In this document: piece by piece, positions 58,836 through 64,000 of the stretch
Position numbering within the stretch: the stretch's first letter is position 1
Layout of the letters: every line of letters starts with the position of its first letter
From: Entomortierella parvispora E1425
Lineage: Eukaryota; Fungi; Mortierellomycota
NCBI GenBank assembly: GCA_020891255.1
Contig: BQFW01000009.1
Span: 1,054,001 to 1,118,000 of the forward strand
Reading direction: 5' to 3'
Length of the DNA stretch: 64,000 nucleotides
Translations under genes and position numbers: made by a program
Notes under the pieces: model-generated
Seen by the model: the letters and a program-made list of their open reading frames with translations, nothing else
Told to the model about the DNA's origin: nothing
Databases searched by the model: none

Positions 58836-60159
58836 ATGGCTACTACCACCGCTACATCTGCCCCTACAGCGGCAAATTACCAACCTGAGGAACGGTCCTT
58901 TGAGCTCCGCAATGGTCTTGTGATCACTGCTCGTCACTGGAGGTCCTCTCCCTCGGGCTCGGCTCGAGACTGTCGTCGTTTCCTTGCCGTCCACGGCTTC
59001 CTGGACAACGCTAGCTCCTTTGACCTGTAATATCCCTTTCTTTCCTTTAATGAAAACGCCTGTTCACTTTTGCCAAGCTCAGTCTTACTAACGCCCTCTT
59101 CTTATCGCTCTTTCCTAGGCTTGCACCGTAAGCGTTCACTCCACCCTTGCATGGACCTGCATGTGCATACAGTATTCACACTGGTTTCTGATCTGATAAG
59201 CGACCTTTTTTTTTTTTTTTTTTTGTCAAATAGATTGATGCTTCAGAAATTGGGCCCTGAACCAGTCGAGATTGTGGCGCTGGATCTGGCTGGTCATGGC
59301 AAGTCCTCGCATCGCCAAACAGAGGATTATGGATTGTGGCGTTATGTCGAGGACATGGACCAGATCGTGGAGCAATTGGGCTGGACGGAACAAGGGCATG
59401 CTATCCTGGGTCACTCCATGGGAGGCGCCGTCAGCTCCATCTACGCGGGCCTTTACCAGGACAGAGTCAAACTCTGCATCCTCCTCGACAACTATGGACC
59501 GTTCACGCGTTCGGTCGAGGATCAACCTTTGCATCTGTTGGAACATATCGCCGAAAAGAAGAACTTGGTCAACAAACGCTTGCCCTTTCACCCCACCATC
59601 CAATCTGCTTGTGTGGCCAGGACCAACGGCGGGAACTTTGCCATGGAACTCTCCTCAGCCCAGGTCTTGGTCCCTAGAGGATTGAGACCCATGGAGAGGA
59701 TCGTTCAGGAACTGGGATCGGATGGCGAATCAAAGGTTGAGGTTGTCCAACAGGGTTACACTTGGAGCACAGATCAGATTTTGACGATCCGGAGCGCCCA
59801 GTCTTTGTCAGAAGGCTATGTCAAGGCTTTTATGTCAAGAATCACGGCTCCCTTCTTGGCCGTCTTGGCCTCACAAGGATTGGGTCCCCTGACAGAAAGT
59901 AAGAAAGGAGCAATGGCCTGAGCTATGACGTTTTGATGCACCTTTTGTCTTGACCATTATTCCGGTCTTGTTAACCAAAAAAAACACTATCTTCATAGTG
60001 CTTGAGCTCAGAACGACTTGGTTGGCACAGACAAAATCAGTGACAAAGCGGATCGTTCCTGGAAATCACTCTGTGCATCTCGACAATGCCTCCGTTGTTG
60101 CCAGCGAAGTTTGCTCTTGGATCCTGGCTCAAGATTCAGCTCCAAAGGCAAGACTCTAA
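58836..60159 (+). CDS. SERHL-like alpha/beta hydrolase with C-terminal PTS1-like ARL, 4 exons
   Basis: LAVHGFLDNASSFD(L|LAP|)LM, ALDLAGHGKSSH, nucleophile GHSMGG, LDNYGP, His motif GNHSVHLD, ends KARL*; 9-nt exon 59119-59127. Confidence 0.85.
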
Positions 60160-60518
60160 ACATTACAACAACACTACTATCAGCCACTACAGTACCTGCC
60201 TGCCTCCGCGTCCGTTAGACAAGGCACCTATACCATACTTAGATTTGAATAGGCCAACCCCACTCCTGCTTGCTCCTTAGTTTGTACATCATGCAAAATA
60301 ACCCTGGGTATAATAAATCAGTGACTCTTGTCTGTGGGAATGGTGTTGCTTGCAAAGGAACTGGAGCAATCCAAAGACCTCTTTCGTCAAACAGCATTCA
60401 CCACCTTTCGAAACAGAACAAGAGGCAAGGATCACGACATTGGGTAAAATAACTTTTTTCTTTAATGCTGAATGTTGAAGCAATAAAGGAGAATAATGGA
60501 CGAATAATTATCGAATGT

Positions 60519-63488
60519 TTACTGCTGCTGCTGCTGGGCCTTCTTGGCAGCCTCACGCTCTCTCCATCCGCCGCCGGATCCACCAAAGAGGGGAGCGCGG
60601 ACGGGTGCAGGTGCCTCTGTGGCAGGCTCGGCACGACGGGGAACTTCACTTGCACGGGCAGCTGGTGGGCGGTAGCCTCCAGTGGAAGGAGCAGGAGCAG
60701 CGGAGGTGGGAGCGGCCTCGCCAGACTCGGCGGCGGCCTTCTTGAGGGCCTCACGCTCTCTCCAGCTGAGCTTCTCGCCTCCTGTAGATGATGGGACAAA
60801 CTTGGGTGGTGTGACGGGGGCAGCGGATCCAGTTGTGCTTCTTGCGAGACGCTGTTCGATCTGAGCCTCCTTCTCGCGCTGCTTGGCGGCAATGGCATCC
60901 AAGTTGCGCATTCTCTCCTCGTACTCGGCTCTCTCCTTGGCAGCCTGGGCATCACGCTCAGCCTTTCTCCTCTCCTCCTCCTCGGCGCGACGGGCAGCCT
61001 CGGCAGCACGCTCGGCCTTCTCCTTCTCCTCACGGGCCTTGCGGGCCTCGTTCTCGGCCTTGCGCTCACGGTACAACTGGATACGTCTAGCCTTCTCCTC
61101 CTCGATCCTGACACGGGCAGCCTCACGCTTCTGGGCAAATTCTTCCTCACGCTTCTCCTCCATGTCGCTACGGACCTTACGGTAATCATCCAGAATCTTG
61201 GCCATGCGCTTCTTCAACAGCAACTCAGTGGTATGCTTGGTGACAGCAGCCTCATAGTGAGCCTTGACAGCAACCTCGTGGTAAACACGGTCAGCCTTCT
61301 GCTGACGCTCGTAATCCTTGGCAACCAAGGGGCGCTCCTCCAGACGCATGGCACGCTCCATATGATCCAGACGCTTGCCAATAGCCTTGGTACGGGCAGC
61401 CATCTCGCTCTTCTCCTTCTCGAGCTGCTTGATCTGAATAGCCACCAACTTGTCCTTGTCCAAGTTCTCGAGATCCTCGTCGTTCAACTCAACACCAGCC
61501 TTGTTCTTAAGAGACTCGGCCAACTTGAGGGACTCGGTCTTGCGGATGGCCTCCTGCTCAGCGCGGATACGATCCTCCTCGCGCTTGCGGCGCTCCTCTG
61601 CTAAACGGACCTTGAGGGCTTCCTGCTCAGCCTGGACACGAAGAGCCTTCTCGCGGGCCTCCTCCTTCTCCTTGCGGGCAAGCATGGTCTCGATCAACTC
61701 CTTCTTGCGCTCGATAATAGCCTTGCGCTCCAAGGCAGCCTTGTGATCCTCCTGCATGCCAACGAGGGCCTTGAGGAAAGCAGCCTTCTTGGCCTCCTTC
61801 TTGGCCTCGATGGCCTCGGGCGAGATCATGTTGACGGTGGCGTTGAGGCTGGTGGCGAGGCGAGTCAACTGGCTGCGCATAAGGTCAGCGGGCAAAGACT
61901 GCAAGACGGGTCCATCGGTGACATTCTTGTTGTCGGTGGCGAACAAGTCAGTCTCGAAGGTCAAGCTCTGGGTGGCGTGGTCAATGCGGATCGACAACTC
62001 TCCCTTCTTGCATCCCTGCATGATGAACTTTTCAATGGTGGCAGAGTCGTAGTTGAAGGGGGGAGCGAACGAAGCCAGCTTGATGACAAAGTCCAACTTG
62101 ACGGTGGTGTAGACCTGGGACAATTGCTGGAAGAGACGAGTCAAGATAACAGAGTGAAGGGGCTTGACATACTTGACAAGCTCGGGATCCTCGGCCAACT
62201 TGTTCATGATGGGCTCGATCTTCTTGCAGATGGAAAGAGGGTGGAACTGAACCTCCAAAATGTTGTACAACTCGCGGAGCTCGGGGCGAACGTGCTTGAG
62301 AATGTTCTTGCTGAGGGCCTCCTTCAAAAGACCAGCACGGTTAGGAGAGCGGCTGAGACCCAAGAGGGCAGCGAGACGGTGCGACTTGTTCTTGGACTCG
62401 TCAACCTCGTAACCGTTGTCTCTGGAAGAGATGACGGGGATGGCCAAAGCGGACAAGAGGGCCAAGGAGGCCATGCGGGTCTGCTCCTCATCAGTGACAG
62501 ACTTGTTCTGTGTCTTGACGAGGGTGTAGTACTTGTTCCAGGCAGCGGCGTGGAAGAGGTAGTTGTCGCTGACCATGAAGATCTTGGTCAACTTCTCGTA
62601 GTAGTTGGCCATCATGAATGGCTTGGGCATCTTCTTGGACATGGTCATCAAATTGTGAATATCCTCGACAGAGCGGAAAGCCTCCTGCCAGAGCTCGAGC
62701 TCAGCAGCACCGTTGAGCTGCTGGAAGCGGGTGTCCAAGTGGCGCTGGAGCGACTCGGGCTCGTTGAGGTTGATCGAGTGGGGCTGGTGGGCGTACTTGG
62801 CAATGTTCTGGAGATGGTTGCGGAGGAGATCGCAGAGGCGACGGAACTCGGTCTTGCGAGTGTACTTCAAGCAGAATTGGAAAGCCTGGTGGGCAGTGGT
62901 CTGGTAAAGAGCCTCAAGACGGGCATTGTTGCGGAGGATGTCGAGAACGGTCCTGTAGGCCTCCCAGAGGAACTTGAGCCAAGGGGTGACGACGGCACGG
63001 TCGGTGCGGTCCTTGTTCTGCTCGCCAGAGACGGTGCTGAGCAAGATGGACTCGGGGGTCTCGGTGGCCTCGAGATCATCGAGTCCGTCCAAGGTGATCT
63101 GGTCAGCCTTGGCCTGGGCCTCCTGAACCTTCTCCTCCGAAAGCTGGATGAACTTGCGGATGACCAACTACGCGTGCGATAATAGAAAGGATACAGACAA
63201 GATGGTTAGCGATTTTGTTATTGTTTTGATTGCGTGCCTAGATCAGACCAGCTTTCAAGATACGCCTTCATACCTCGATGGTGGCGATGCTGGTGTTCTG
63301 GGAAATGTTCTTGTACTGGTGGAGACCCTCCTTGGCAATCTTTCCCTTGCGAAGGGACACGCACAGCTCGACAAACTTGAGCATGATGGGCTCCAACGAG
63401 GCCAAGGGGACACTGCGAGAACGCTTGGAAATGATCACATCGTGGAGTGCCTCCAGGGCAGCGGCGTGCTGACCGACGGCGATAAGCT
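60519..63488 (-). CDS. TIF32: Translation initiation factor eIF3 subunit A (first short exon not found, probably beyond the window end)
   Basis: [12 protein letters not shown]...[63 protein letters not shown] region, long charged helix, WRERE repeats. Confidence 0.95.
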
Positions 63489-64000
63489 CTATTGACACAT
63501 CAAGGTGAGAGACGGAGGTGTGAGAAGGGCTATTCGTCACTGCTGGGACTGACGACACGGAGAACGCAGGGGGGAAAGGAAGCGTGTGGTGTTCGTTGGA
63601 AGGGGATGGATCCATTTCATCTTTTTTTTTGGCTGGCGCATCGAAATTCAAGATTTGGGCCAGCCAGAAAATGTCTGTGCCCCTCGCCCGCCAAAGCATC
63701 CACGATTTGAGTGCTCAAAAGGGTGCCTGTGGACGGGGGAAAAAACGGGCATGGTGCCTGGACGATGATGTATCCGGATGGTGGGATCTCAAGAGGAGAG
63801 AGGATCGATGGATAGACAGATGGATCGATGGATCGACAAAGAGGGTGGATGGGCGATGGATTATTTTTGGGCGGAGAGAGGTGTTTGAGGTGGTGTAGCT
63901 CGAGGGCACAGGGCATTTGGGCGGTGATTTTTTTAGGGTTGGACTGGGTTGATCTGGAGATTAAGTGATGGATCAGTGACGAGGGAGGGGAAGCAAGTGA

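Noticed and set aside
61743-63182. 479-aa plus-strand ORF
   Set aside because: Antisense shadow of the strongly codon-biased eIF3a gene; no independent motifs.
63489-64000. In-frame upstream extension of eIF3a (ORF 63268-63699)
   Set aside because: The sequence above the acceptor at 63489-63491 is intron-like and lacks the conserved PENALKRA start, so the true first exon is probably outside the window.

Overview
Intron-rich fungal genomic DNA. The gene families, intron style and an F-box-like family point to an early-diverging fungus, most likely Mortierellaceae (inference). The housekeeping scaffold comprises TYW1, ATG15, a GT62 mannosyltransferase, HYPK, mitoribosomal mL44, DBP4, a MYSM1-like deubiquitinase, a SERHL-like hydrolase and eIF3a. 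The main accessory feature is a ~25 kb island (31975-56976) with seven group-A FAD-dependent monooxygenase genes (labelled M1-M7 here) and two inverted DHA2-type MFS efflux pumps, and no backbone synthase in the window. The island shows a shared upstream motif, patchy gene-conversion tracts, intron gain/loss with an apparent 1-nt intron slide and an 11-nt microexon, an MFS relic, and a 949-bp Mutator-like TIR element with a 9-bp target-site duplication. Other notable items are an ABCB/MDR transporter broken by a 5-bp insertion, a four-exon orphan whose C-terminal helix resembles TEX12, an orphan 7TM protein, and two frameshifted pseudogenes. Exon boundaries and homologies were read by eye; no searches were run.
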